Assembly: GCA_902600635.1 (NCBI GenBank)
Contig: CACKKE010000001.1
Coordinates: forward strand, 15,194-79,193
Direction: 5' to 3'
DNA: 64,000 nt
DNA from: an uncultured Pelagibacteraceae bacterium
Lineage (GTDB): Bacteria > Pseudomonadota > Alphaproteobacteria > Pelagibacterales > Pelagibacteraceae
Under the pieces are notes generated by a model. That model did no database searches. It had not been told where the DNA came from and worked only from the letters and a program-made list of their open reading frames with translations. The translations under genes and the position numbers were made by a program. Each line of letters starts with the position of its first letter. Position 1 is the stretch's first letter. Of the stretch, positions 54,604 through 64,000 are shown in pieces.

Positions 54604-55121
54604 TTTTTTTCTCTATAAGTATTTTTTAACTGCGTATAAGCCAAAGTTATCGACTTAAGTTTTTCCTCAAATTTTTTATTACCGGAATTCATATCAGGGT
54701 GAAATTTTTTAACAAGTACTTTAAATTTATTATAAATTTTTTCCCATTTCGACCCTACTGAAATACCTAATATTTCGAATGCTTTAATGTCTTTGTGATT
54801 ATATCTAAATTGTCCCATATGATTAAAATCGCTTTTTAACTTTTCTTTATCAAGATCATCTCTTAAAGTATTACTCCACAAGACTTTAAAAAAGTTATCT
54901 GAAGAACTAAAACTTTGCGTAGGTTTATGCCAAACCATATCTGATTTTAAAAAGTCAATTACTTGCTCATCATTCATACCCGAAAAATAATTCCAATTTT
55001 TATTGAATTCTTTAACATGATTTAAACATAGTAGTCTAAATTTTTTACTATTATCTTTTTCAACTGGTGCTTTATATTCACCAATTTCATTGCAATTATT
55101 CCAGTCACAGATATTTTTCAT
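54600..55121 (-). CDS. J-domain protein with N-terminal Cys/His motif
   Basis: CDWNNC...CLNHV N-terminus; C-terminal J domain with HPD. Confidence 0.85.
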   Translation of the reverse strand: MKNICDWNNCNEIGEYKAPVEKDNSKKFRLLCLNHVKEFNKNWNYFSGMNDEQVIDFLKSDMVWHKPTQSFSSSDNFFKVLWSNTLRDDLDKEKLKSDFNHMGQFRYNHKDIKAFEILGISVGSKWEKIYNKFKVLVKKFHPDMNSGNKKFEEKLKSITLAYTQLKNTYREKN

Positions 55122-55137
55122 GATATAATTATATCAA

Positions 55138-55398
55138 ATGAATATAGATGAATTAATCACAAACGTAAAAAAAAAAATAAAAAAAAATATAAATATAGAA
55201 AATATTTTAATAGAAGATAAAACGTTTTTACATAGAAATCATCCAGGACATAAAAGTAATAAATTTCATTTAAAAATCAGTATAGAATCTGAGGAGCTTA
55301 AGAAATTAAATAAAATTCAGAGTAATAAAAAAATTTACAAAATATTAGACGAGGAATTAAAAAATCACATTCACTCTTTACAAATTTTAATTAATTAA
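55138..55398 (+). CDS. BolA-family protein
   Basis: EDKTFLHRNH, IY..L..EL...IHSLQI. Confidence 0.8.
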   Translation: MNIDELITNVKKKIKKNINIENILIEDKTFLHRNHPGHKSNKFHLKISIESEELKKLNKIQSNKKIYKILDEELKNHIHSLQILIN

Positions 55399-56493
55399 TT
55401 TCTTTTTTAAAAAAAGTTTGATAGTAACATCTGAAATTTCCTTCTCAATTATTGGACCTCCAATTTTTTTAATTAACATAAGCTTAATATTTTTAGAATT
55501 ATTTTTTTTGTCCCTCATCATAAAGGATATGATCTGACTAATTTTTTTAATTGTAAAATAATTTTTAATAGAAACTGGAAAATGATAATTATTTAGATGT
55601 TTAATCGCAGAATCAAATTCTTTATGGGTAATCAACTTTTTATTTTTACTAAATTCAAACGCAGATTTCATACCCAGAATTACTGCTTCTCCATGATTTA
55701 ATTTTTTTGAAAAATTTAAACTTGCCTCATATGCATGAGCAAAAGTATGTCCAAAATTCAAAATTTTTCTCAAATTTTTTTCTTTTTCATCCTTTTCAAC
55801 AATTGATTTTTTGACTTTACAACTTTCATAGATAGATTTTTCAATAGTTGGAGACTTTAGTTTTAATACGTCATTAATTTTTTTATCCAGAAAATTATAA
55901 AACTTTTTATTTGCAATTAACGCATGTTTCACTATTTCTGCGTAACCACAAACTACTTCTCTAAATGGCAGACTCCTCAAAACGTCTACATCACTAATAA
56001 CAATTTTAGGTTGATAAAAACTTCCAATTAAATTCTTGCCTTGAGATGTATTAATACCTGTTTTTCCACCAACAGATGAATCAACTTGTGATAACAATGT
56101 TGTTGGAATATTTACAAATTTCAAACCTCTTTTGAATAAACTTGCAGCAAAACCTGCTACATCACCGGTAATGCCTCCCCCAATAGATATTAAACAGTCA
56201 TCTCTTGAAAAATTCTTTCGAAGCAAAAGATCTAAAATTTTACTAACATTTCTCTGGTTTTTATTTTTCTCATTTGCATTGTAAATAAATTTGTAAACCT
56301 CATATCTTCTTAGAGATTTTGAAATTTGTTTAACATATCTATTTGGAATATTTTTATCTAAAACTAATAAGCATTTTTTAAAATTGATAGAATTTTTTTT
56401 AAAAATTTTTGATAAATTAGAAATTAAATTTCTCCCAATTATGATAGGATATTTTTCTGTACTAGTTTTAACTATCAGTTTAATTGGCCTCAT
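55387..56493 (-). CDS. aroB: 3-dehydroquinate synthase
   Basis: GGGITGD, PTTLLSQVDSSVGGKTG, LNFGHT, HGEAV. Confidence 0.96.
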   Translation of the reverse strand: MRPIKLIVKTSTEKYPIIIGRNLISNLSKIFKKNSINFKKCLLVLDKNIPNRYVKQISKSLRRYEVYKFIYNANEKNKNQRNVSKILDLLLRKNFSRDDCLISIGGGITGDVAGFAASLFKRGLKFVNIPTTLLSQVDSSVGGKTGINTSQGKNLIGSFYQPKIVISDVDVLRSLPFREVVCGYAEIVKHALIANKKFYNFLDKKINDVLKLKSPTIEKSIYESCKVKKSIVEKDEKEKNLRKILNFGHTFAHAYEASLNFSKKLNHGEAVILGMKSAFEFSKNKKLITHKEFDSAIKHLNNYHFPVSIKNYFTIKKISQIISFMMRDKKNNSKNIKLMLIKKIGGPIIEKEISDVTIKLFLKKKLIN

Positions 56494-56992
56494 AAATATC
56501 TATGATTTTTTTTGCAATTTGTTGTTTTGTAAAATTCTCACAATCTATTTTATATAGTGCTTTAGAGTAAATTATTGAACGTTTTTTTATAATTTCTATG
56601 AGTTCATTTTTACTTGCATTTACTGCCAAAGGTCTTTTTTTGCTGTTTTTTATCCTATTAACTAAGGTATCGATATTCCAATTAAGCCAAAATGATAAGT
56701 GATTTTCTAGAACCTCATTTTTAATAGCTCGATTAATGAACGCACCTCCACCTAGTGCAACTACACCCTTTTTACTTTTTAAAATATTAAGAGTAATTTT
56801 TTTTTCAATATCTCTAAAGAAGTTTTCTCCTTTAATTTCAAAGATTTTTGATATTTTCATTTTTTGATCATTTTCAATTAATTGATCAATATCAAAAAAG
56901 TTGAGATTTAGTTTTTTTGATACCATAGAGCCAATAGAACTCTTTCCAGACCCCATCATTCCGATAAAAACTAAATTTTCTTTTGATTTCAT
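56480..56992 (-). CDS. aroK: Shikimate kinase
   Basis: GMMGSGKS, ALGGG, KRPL; start reassigned to ATG 56992. Confidence 0.93.
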   Translation of the reverse strand: MKSKENLVFIGMMGSGKSSIGSMVSKKLNLNFFDIDQLIENDQKMKISKIFEIKGENFFRDIEKKITLNILKSKKGVVALGGGAFINRAIKNEVLENHLSFWLNWNIDTLVNRIKNSKKRPLAVNASKNELIEIIKKRSIIYSKALYKIDCENFTKQQIAKKIIDIYEAN

Positions 56993-57049
56993 AAGTTTCT
57001 GTATTGAAAAAACACAAATATGTCTTAATTTGAAATTAATTAAACCTAT

Positions 57050-57229
57050 ATGCAATTTACTAGAAAAACAAGTTATAGCAAAAGTATAATTGGATTATTG
57101 ATAAAATTATTTTTAATTGCAATTGTATTTGTTGGAATAATATTTCTTTTAAATAAATTAGACTTCCCAGCACCAAAAAAAACAATTGAAAAAATAATAC
57201 CTAATGAAAATTTTAAAATTGTTAAATAA
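57050..57229 (+). CDS. Small single-TM hypothetical protein, 59 aa; not in the ORF track
   Basis: MQFTRKTSYSKSIIGLLIKLFLIAIVFVGIIFLLNKLDFPAPKKTIEKIIPNENFKIVK*; overlaps the start of the next gene. Confidence 0.7.
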   Translation: MQFTRKTSYSKSIIGLLIKLFLIAIVFVGIIFLLNKLDFPAPKKTIEKIIPNENFKIVK

Positions 57230-58976
57230 AACTTTTTTATCAATTCTAATTATTTTTTCTTTTTCGATAGCCAATTCTTTCTCAGAAAATGAACCTGTGG
57301 ATATATGGAATATTGATAAAGAACAAATTCAAGAAAATTCTGCAAATAAGGAATTAATTTCTATTACTGAAAGTGAACTTGAAACTGAAAAAATTGATGT
57401 GTTTAATATGCAAACTGAAAAAAGATCAGATTCAATTAAAGTTGATGAAACTTTAAATTCCAAAGAAATTAAAATAATAGGTCTCTACGATCCTGAAGAT
57501 TTTGGTTTAAAAATTGATATGTGGTCAAATTCTAATGGTGATCAATTAAAATACCTTTTCTCTAATTTAGCTAAAATAAATTTATCAAGCGATGCTTCAG
57601 AACTTATGAAAATTGTTTTATTGACTAATGCTTATTATCCCAAAAAAAATATAAGTGAGAAGGATTTTTTGAAAATTAAATCAGATTGGTTGATAAAAAA
57701 TAATAACTTAGAACTAATAGAGGATTATTTAATCAAGAATGATATTTTAAATTTACACCCTAAACTAAGTAAATATTTAGTTGATAAATATTTATCCGAG
57801 TCTAAGCTTGATCAAGCTTGCAAAATTTTTTTAAACAATTCAGAACCAATAAAAAATAATTATTTGTCAAAATTTAATATCTATTGTTTGATAAACAATG
57901 GAAAAAAAGATGAAGCACAATTAATTTTTGACTTAAAAAAAGAATTAGGTTTTAATGATCAATATTTTGAAAATAAACTAAATTATCTTTTTGGATATAC
58001 AAATGAAATTGATAAAGCTGTTTCTGAAAAAAGCATCCTGGAGTTTCATTTGGCACATAAAACAAACCCAGAATTTTTTTTTGAACCAAAAGAAAATACT
58101 GATCCATTAATATGGAAATATTTAGCTGCTTCAAATTTATTATACCAAACTAATGAAATCGACTTGGATGAATTAGAAAAAATAGAATTAATTGAGTATG
58201 CCACACATAACAAGAATTATCTTGAAGATGATTTATTTCAAATTTACAAAAGGTTTCAGTTTACGATTGATCAATTTTTGAATGTCAAAACAGTATTTAA
58301 ATCTTTGGCTAATATTGAGGGAAGGGCCCTTTTATATCAAAATGTATTGTTAGAGTCTGACATAAATAAAAAAATAGAATTAATGAAACTTCTAAAAGAA
58401 GCATTTATTAAGGATAAAATTGGTAATGCTTTTGAGGAGAAACTAAAAGATCTGTTACAAGATATTGAATTAGATCAAGTTTCCTCAAGACATACTAGTT
58501 TTTATTTAGAAAATATTAATACTGATGAAAAAAAACAAACTAAAATAAAGTATAATGATGATCTTTTACATCAATCAAAACTTATAAAATATTTTATTGG
58601 AGAATATAATCAAACAAAAATAGAAAAAGATCTCAATAATTTTCTCAAAAAAATAAAAAAGGATAAAAAGTATTCTATCTCAAAAAAAGATATCATTTTA
58701 ATCGAGTCATTGAAATCAGATGGCATAAAAATTGATAAGAAATATGACAATTTATATAAAATTCTAGACTCTGAAATGCCAACCGATATTCAAGTCATGA
58801 TAAATAATAACGAGTCTGCTTCAACAATTCTCAGAATAATAGAGGTTATTGGTCAAGACGAGTTGAGTACTTTAGATGAGGATACCCTATTTTTTATAAT
58901 AAGTGCACTTAATCAACTAAACATAGACTCTATACGTAATAAAATTCTATTAAAAGTTCTTCCTTTAAAAGTTTAA
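57204..58976 (+). CDS. Exported hypothetical protein, 590 aa
   Basis: Signal peptide, then PVDIW...GLYDPEDFGL...MW. No recognised catalytic motif. Confidence 0.8.
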   Translation: MKILKLLNKTFLSILIIFSFSIANSFSENEPVDIWNIDKEQIQENSANKELISITESELETEKIDVFNMQTEKRSDSIKVDETLNSKEIKIIGLYDPEDFGLKIDMWSNSNGDQLKYLFSNLAKINLSSDASELMKIVLLTNAYYPKKNISEKDFLKIKSDWLIKNNNLELIEDYLIKNDILNLHPKLSKYLVDKYLSESKLDQACKIFLNNSEPIKNNYLSKFNIYCLINNGKKDEAQLIFDLKKELGFNDQYFENKLNYLFGYTNEIDKAVSEKSILEFHLAHKTNPEFFFEPKENTDPLIWKYLAASNLLYQTNEIDLDELEKIELIEYATHNKNYLEDDLFQIYKRFQFTIDQFLNVKTVFKSLANIEGRALLYQNVLLESDINKKIELMKLLKEAFIKDKIGNAFEEKLKDLLQDIELDQVSSRHTSFYLENINTDEKKQTKIKYNDDLLHQSKLIKYFIGEYNQTKIEKDLNNFLKKIKKDKKYSISKKDIILIESLKSDGIKIDKKYDNLYKILDSEMPTDIQVMINNNESASTILRIIEVIGQDELSTLDEDTLFFIISALNQLNIDSIRNKILLKVLPLKV

Positions 58977-58999
58977 AAATTAGTTTATTTATTTATCTA

Positions 59000-59524
59000 A
59001 TGAGTATTAAAGATATAATTACAGTTCCTGACGAAACTTTAAAAAAAATCTCCGAACCATTAGAAAAAGTCAGCACTAACGAAAAAAAACTTATTAATGA
59101 TTTATTTGACACAATGTACGCTTCGAAAGGTATCGGATTAGCTGCTGTACAAATAGGTATACTGAAAAGAATTTTAGTAATTGATGTGTCTACTAAAGAT
59201 GAAAAGAAAGAGCCTTTAAGTTTCATCAATCCTGTTATTAAAAAAGTTAGTGACGAAACCTCAATTTATGAGGAGGGCTGTTTATCAATTCCAGATACAT
59301 TTATAGAAATTGAAAGGCCAAAAATTTGTGAAGTAGATTATATTGATATAAATGGAGAAAAAAAAAATTTAAAGTGTGATGGTCTTTTATCAACATGTTT
59401 ACAGCATGAAATAAATCATTTAGATGGAAAATTGATAATTGACCATTTATCAAAGTTAAAAAGAGATATCATCATCAAAAAAATTTCAAAAACAAAAAAA
59501 AATCCTGACAGAATATTAGTTTAG
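59000..59524 (+). CDS. def: Peptide deformylase
   Basis: GIGLAAVQ, EGCLS, QHEINHLDG. Confidence 0.96.
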   Translation: MSIKDIITVPDETLKKISEPLEKVSTNEKKLINDLFDTMYASKGIGLAAVQIGILKRILVIDVSTKDEKKEPLSFINPVIKKVSDETSIYEEGCLSIPDTFIEIERPKICEVDYIDINGEKKNLKCDGLLSTCLQHEINHLDGKLIIDHLSKLKRDIIIKKISKTKKNPDRILV

Positions 59525-59526
59525 AA

Positions 59527-60459
59527 ATGCCTAAAAAAATCATTTTTATGGGTACACCCATGTTTGCAGTTCCAATATTGAAATCACTCTATCAAAATGG
59601 TTTTCCTATAAATTTGGTTTATACACAACCACCCCAAAAATCTCACCGAGGTCAGAAGATAAATAAATCACCAGTCCAAGGTATATCGGAAACTTTAAAT
59701 ATAGAATTCAGATCTCCACAGAACTTGAAAAACAACTCTGAGGAATATGAGTTTTTAAAAAAAATGGAAGCTGATCTTGCAATTGTTGTAGCCTATGGAC
59801 AAATAATTCCTAAAGAATTCTTAAGTTTAACAAAAAAAGGTTTTATAAATATTCATGCATCTATACTCCCAAAATGGAGAGGTGCTGCACCTATCCAGAG
59901 AGCTATAATGAATTTAGATATAGAAACAGGGATTAGTATAATGAAAATTAATGAAGAATTGGATAGCGGACCTGTAAGCAACACTTATAAAATAAAACTT
60001 GATCAAAGTCTGAATGCAAAAGAGGTCTCAGAAAAACTCGCTTTAATGGCAGCAGATAAAATTTTAGATGTTGTGGATGAAATTTTTGAGGGTAAATCAA
60101 ATTTTGTTGATCAAGATAACTCCAAAGCGACTTATGCAAAAAAAATTACTAAAAATGAAGGGCAAATAGACTGGAAAAGTGATGCTTTAAAAATAATTGG
60201 AAAAATTAATGGCTTATATCCCTCCCCAGGAGCTTTTTTCAATTTTAACGGACAAAGATATAAAGTTTTAAAAGCTGAAATTGGAAATGGGATTGGTAAA
60301 ATTGGAGAGGTTATATCAGACGATCTTGAAATAGCGTGTGGAGGTGAAAAATCTATTAAAGTTGTTGAAATACAGAGAGAGGGAAAAAAGGTTCAAAAAA
60401 TTGGAGAGTTTATGCTTGGATCCCAGATCAGAAAAGGTTCAATTATATCTAATGTTTAG
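59527..60459 (+). CDS. fmt: Methionyl-tRNA formyltransferase
   Basis: FMGTP, VVAYG, NIHASILPKWRGAAPIQ. Confidence 0.96.
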   Translation: MPKKIIFMGTPMFAVPILKSLYQNGFPINLVYTQPPQKSHRGQKINKSPVQGISETLNIEFRSPQNLKNNSEEYEFLKKMEADLAIVVAYGQIIPKEFLSLTKKGFINIHASILPKWRGAAPIQRAIMNLDIETGISIMKINEELDSGPVSNTYKIKLDQSLNAKEVSEKLALMAADKILDVVDEIFEGKSNFVDQDNSKATYAKKITKNEGQIDWKSDALKIIGKINGLYPSPGAFFNFNGQRYKVLKAEIGNGIGKIGEVISDDLEIACGGEKSIKVVEIQREGKKVQKIGEFMLGSQIRKGSIISNV

Positions 60460-61192
60460 ATATCAAATATTGATAGAGTATGTAGGTACCAATTTTAGAG
60501 GTTGGCAAATTCAAACAAAGGGCAAAACTATACAAGGTTTTATCCAAGAGAGAATTTCTAAATTATTAAAAGAAAAAATTATTTTGTTTGGCGCTGGAAG
60601 ACTAGATAAAGGAGTGCACGCACTTGAACAATCTGCTCATTTTGAGTGTAAAAAAAAAATTGAAAATTCGAATAAATTTGCCAAATCTTTAAATCATTTT
60701 TTAAATAAAGAAATGATTTCAATCATTAAAATAAAGAAAAGAGGCAATGATTTTCATGCAAGATTTTCTGCAAGAATGAGAATATATAAGTATATAATAA
60801 TTAATCGTCCAAGTAGACCGGCAATAGATAGAAATAGAGGATGGCACATTATTAATAAACTTGATTTAAAGATAATGAAAAAAGCTGCGAAAAAATTAGT
60901 TGGTACTAAAGACTTTTCTACCTTCAGAGCTTCAAGCTGTAGAGCTAAAAGTCCAATCAAAACAATGAAATTAGTAAAAATAAGATCTAGAAATAGTAAA
61001 ATAGAGATAGAATTTCAATCTCAATCTTTTCTACAACAACAGGTTCGTTCAATGGTTGGTTGTTTAAAATATGTAGGTGAAAAAAAATGGACTTTAAAAA
61101 AATTCAATTTTGTTATGAACTCAAAAAAAAGGATTTTGTGTGCACCTCCTGCACCACCTGAAGGACTTTATTTAGCTAGAGTGATTTATTAA
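60452..61192 (+). CDS. truA: tRNA pseudouridine(38-40) synthase
   Basis: EYVGTNFRGWQ, GAGRLDKGVHA, FHARFSA, FLQQQVR; start reassigned to ATG 60452. Confidence 0.93.
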   Translation: MFRYQILIEYVGTNFRGWQIQTKGKTIQGFIQERISKLLKEKIILFGAGRLDKGVHALEQSAHFECKKKIENSNKFAKSLNHFLNKEMISIIKIKKRGNDFHARFSARMRIYKYIIINRPSRPAIDRNRGWHIINKLDLKIMKKAAKKLVGTKDFSTFRASSCRAKSPIKTMKLVKIRSRNSKIEIEFQSQSFLQQQVRSMVGCLKYVGEKKWTLKKFNFVMNSKKRILCAPPAPPEGLYLARVIY

Positions 61193-61663
61193 TTTTTTTT
61201 TGTTACTCATTGCAAACTTTTTATTAATTCTCCATCTTGACTCTTCTCTAACAATATAACCACAGCAATTTTTTGAACCACATTTACAAGGAAATTGTTT
61301 ATAGTCCTCATCATAACCAAATCCGTAATCACATGTAAACTCCTCTCCTTTTTTAATATCACGAATTGCAGTAATCCATACTTTTAAACCTTTGCCATTA
61401 TAATCACAGTTATTATTACAACTATGGTTTACTAGACCTGCAATATTCCATGAAAAATCTCCGTCGAGAGTATATTTTTTATTTAATGTGAATAAGTAAA
61501 TAGGTTTTTTATTATCAAACTTAATTGACTCATCAACCTCTTTATTTGTAATAATTTTACCAATGTAATTAATTATTTTTGTTCCCTCTTTAATATCACG
61601 TGTTGCATAAAGACCTCTTCCTTTTTTATCAATTTTAGATCTTTTAATTCTATAAAGTTTCAT
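61172..61663 (-). CDS. SET-domain protein-lysine methyltransferase with post-SET Cys motif
   Basis: GRGLYATRDI, NHSC, GEEFTCDYG, CKCGSKNC. Confidence 0.9.
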   Translation of the reverse strand: MKLYRIKRSKIDKKGRGLYATRDIKEGTKIINYIGKIITNKEVDESIKFDNKKPIYLFTLNKKYTLDGDFSWNIAGLVNHSCNNNCDYNGKGLKVWITAIRDIKKGEEFTCDYGFGYDEDYKQFPCKCGSKNCCGYIVREESRWRINKKFAMSNKKKLINHSS

Positions 61664-61693
61664 TTGAGTGAATTATTATTAATTAAATTTAAA

Positions 61694-62617
61694 TCAATTG
61701 AATTCTACAAGTGCGTTAACATGTTCATTAGCACTTTCAGATAATGCATTTAAATCATACCCCCCCTCAAGAATAGAGATAACTTTGCCTTGAGTGAACT
61801 TGTTGGTAGCAGCTAAAGCTCTTTTAGTAATTTCATAGAAGTCTTTTGATTTAAGTTTAAATTGAGCTAAAGGATCATCTTTATGAGCATCAAAACCTGC
61901 CGAGAATATAAGAAAATCAGGTTTATAATTGACCAACCTATCTAAAACTCTATTGAATGCATTAAAATATTCCTCCGAGTTTGTGCCTGCTGGCAAAGGT
62001 ATATTTAAAGAGTTATTAAAATCACCCTTATCTTTATCTGTACCTCCTCCAGGATAAAAAGGATATTGGTGTGTTGAAATATATAATGAATTTTTGTTAT
62101 TACGCATAACATCATAATTTCCATTTCCCCAATGCACATCAAAATCTACACATGCAACTCTCTTATATTTATAATTTTTAATTAAGTAATTAGTGGCTAC
62201 CCCAGCGTTTGATATACAACAAAATCCCATTGCCTTATCCTTTTCCGCATGATGTCCAGGAGGTCTTGCTAAACAAAACGCGTTTTTAAATTCTTTATTT
62301 TCTATTCCATCAATGGCCCTAATTGTTGAGCCAGCTGCATCAAATACTGCTTTTTTACTGTCTGGTGATATTACAGTATCTCCATCTAAAAATTTTAGAC
62401 CTTTTTGAGGGAAAGAACTATTTAAATTATCAATATATTCTTTTGAATGTGTCATTGACAATATATCGTCTGGCACATTACCTGGTTTTTTCCAAATTAG
62501 ATCACTTCTTTTTTTTAATTTTTCTTTTATAGCAATTACTCTTTTAGGCTGTTCAGGATGACCGTTACCAGTGTCATGTTTTTCATAAGAGTCTGAATTT
62601 ATAATTGCCGTATTCAT
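61694..62617 (-). CDS. Histone deacetylase family (Zn-dependent) amidohydrolase
   Basis: GHPEQPKR, RPPGHHA, GFC, DFDVHWGNG, SAGFDAH, LEGGY. Confidence 0.92.
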   Translation of the reverse strand: MNTAIINSDSYEKHDTGNGHPEQPKRVIAIKEKLKKRSDLIWKKPGNVPDDILSMTHSKEYIDNLNSSFPQKGLKFLDGDTVISPDSKKAVFDAAGSTIRAIDGIENKEFKNAFCLARPPGHHAEKDKAMGFCCISNAGVATNYLIKNYKYKRVACVDFDVHWGNGNYDVMRNNKNSLYISTHQYPFYPGGGTDKDKGDFNNSLNIPLPAGTNSEEYFNAFNRVLDRLVNYKPDFLIFSAGFDAHKDDPLAQFKLKSKDFYEITKRALAATNKFTQGKVISILEGGYDLNALSESANEHVNALVEFN

Positions 62618-63771
62618 TTGAAATAATTTTTTAAAATATTTTCATAAATTTTTGTTAGTTTTTTAAGATCTTTCAGAGATACTGCCTCATCAACTTTATG
62701 CATAGTTTTTCCAACTAAACCAAATTCAAGACCAGGACATATGGTTCTTATAAATCTTAAATCCGAAGTTCCACCTGTTGTAGATAATTTTGGTTTTAAT
62801 TTAGTTATCTTTTTAATGATATTTTGTATCATAAATGTTGTTTTGTTAGGTTTTGTCAAAAAAGCTTCACCAGAAACTCTGTACTCAATTTTAAATTTTG
62901 ATTTATGTTTTTTGGTCATTTTTTTAAAAATTTTGTTAAGTTTTTTTTTAAGAGAATTTGAGGAATGTTTATTATTAAATCTTATGTTGAATGTTGCTTC
63001 AGCTGTAGCCGGAATAATATTATCTGCAGTATTATTTATACTTATTCTGGTAACCTCCAAATTTGTAGGTTGAAAGTCTCTGGTTCCTTTATCAAACTGA
63101 ATTTCCTTTAATTCTTTTAAAATATTAACAATTATGGTCGAAGGGTTATTTGCTCTGGAAGGATATGCAACGTGACCTTGTAAACCGAATATAATTAATT
63201 TACCAGTTAAACTGCCTCTACGACCAATTTTAATCATTTCACCTAAAACATTTGGGTTAGTTGGTTCACCCACTAAGCAAAAATCAATCTTTTCTCTTTT
63301 TTTTTTTAAAAACTCTACAACTTTTTTTGTGCCATTGACTGCATCACCTTCCTCATCACCTGTTATTAGCAGACTAATTGATCCATTAAATTTTTTATTT
63401 TTTGACAAAAACGTGCTTACAGCTGAAACGAAAGCTGCAATAGAACTTTTCATATCATTTGCACCTCTTCCAATTAAGTGACCCTTTTTTATAGATGGTT
63501 TGAATGGATTAGTTGTCCAATCTTTTATATTTCCTGGAGGTACAACATCTAGGTGACCTGCATAACAGAAGTTTGGACTTTTATTTCCGAATCTTGCATA
63601 TAAATTTTTAACAGGCTTAAAGCCCCTTTCTTTAAATTCGAGTGTTTTTGTTTTGAAACCAAGTCTTTTCAATTTTTTTTCTAAAAATTTCATTATACCT
63701 GCATCTACAGGAGTAATTGAAGGAAATCTAATTAGCTCTTTAGCTAATTGTAACTGATTTAAAGTTTTCAT
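62614..63771 (-). CDS. dapE: Succinyl-diaminopimelate desuccinylase
   Basis: GHLDVVP, GRGANDMK, GDEE, GRRGS, GGTSD, MHKVDE. Confidence 0.95.
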   Translation of the reverse strand: MKTLNQLQLAKELIRFPSITPVDAGIMKFLEKKLKRLGFKTKTLEFKERGFKPVKNLYARFGNKSPNFCYAGHLDVVPPGNIKDWTTNPFKPSIKKGHLIGRGANDMKSSIAAFVSAVSTFLSKNKKFNGSISLLITGDEEGDAVNGTKKVVEFLKKKREKIDFCLVGEPTNPNVLGEMIKIGRRGSLTGKLIIFGLQGHVAYPSRANNPSTIIVNILKELKEIQFDKGTRDFQPTNLEVTRISINNTADNIIPATAEATFNIRFNNKHSSNSLKKKLNKIFKKMTKKHKSKFKIEYRVSGEAFLTKPNKTTFMIQNIIKKITKLKPKLSTTGGTSDLRFIRTICPGLEFGLVGKTMHKVDEAVSLKDLKKLTKIYENILKNYFK

Positions 63772-63772
63772 T

Positions 63773-64000
63773 TTAGTCTCGTAAAAGGTCGTTTATAGAA
63801 GTTTTTGACCTTGTTTTTTCATCAACCTGCTTAATTATTACAGCACAGTACAACGATGGTGCAGCCGAATTATTTTTGTCTGGCAATGAACCTGGGACAA
63901 CAACTGAGTACGGCGGAATTTTACCATAAGTGATATTACCAGTTTTTCGATCGACTATTTTAGTTGATTGACCTATATACATACCCATACTTAAAACTGA
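63773..64000 (-). CDS. dapD: Tetrahydrodipicolinate N-succinyltransferase, 3' fragment
   Basis: [15 protein letters not shown]...PYSVVVPG...[24 protein letters not shown]. Confidence 0.93.
   Translation of the reverse strand, partial: SVLSMGMYIGQSTKIVDRKTGNITYGKIPPYSVVVPGSLPDKNNSAAPSLYCAVIIKQVDEKTRSKTSINDLLRD

Overview
Very AT-rich, gene-dense, streamlined alphaproteobacterial chromosome segment. Protein content and gene order are consistent with a SAR11/Pelagibacterales genome (inference). Most of it is housekeeping: mutM-rpsT-dnaA-dnaN, argH-lysA, coq7/dsbB, carD-fdxA-helicase, aceEF, gltDB, thrS-infC-rpmI-rplT-pheST-lepA, gyrB-regB, cobST, aroKB, def-fmt-truA and dapD-dapE. It also holds three tRNAs and an eight-gene surface-glycan modification cassette between lepA and tRNA-Ser. 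No IS, prophage or CRISPR array was seen. The most notable observation is an unannotated 25-aa protamine/histone-H1-like peptide gene (MPKRRKKAKKAKKKAKKKAKKRRRR, 12405-12482) with its own promoter, 5' inverted repeat, strong SD and terminator. It converges on a CarD that carries a Lys-rich tail. The window also encodes an adjacent histone-deacetylase-family and SET-domain methyltransferase pair. Together these suggest, as an untested hypothesis, a lysine-modification 'chromatin-like' system. Several other small ORFs below the ORF-track cutoff and some unusual domain architectures (lipoyl-AceE fusion, short GyrB) are also reported.
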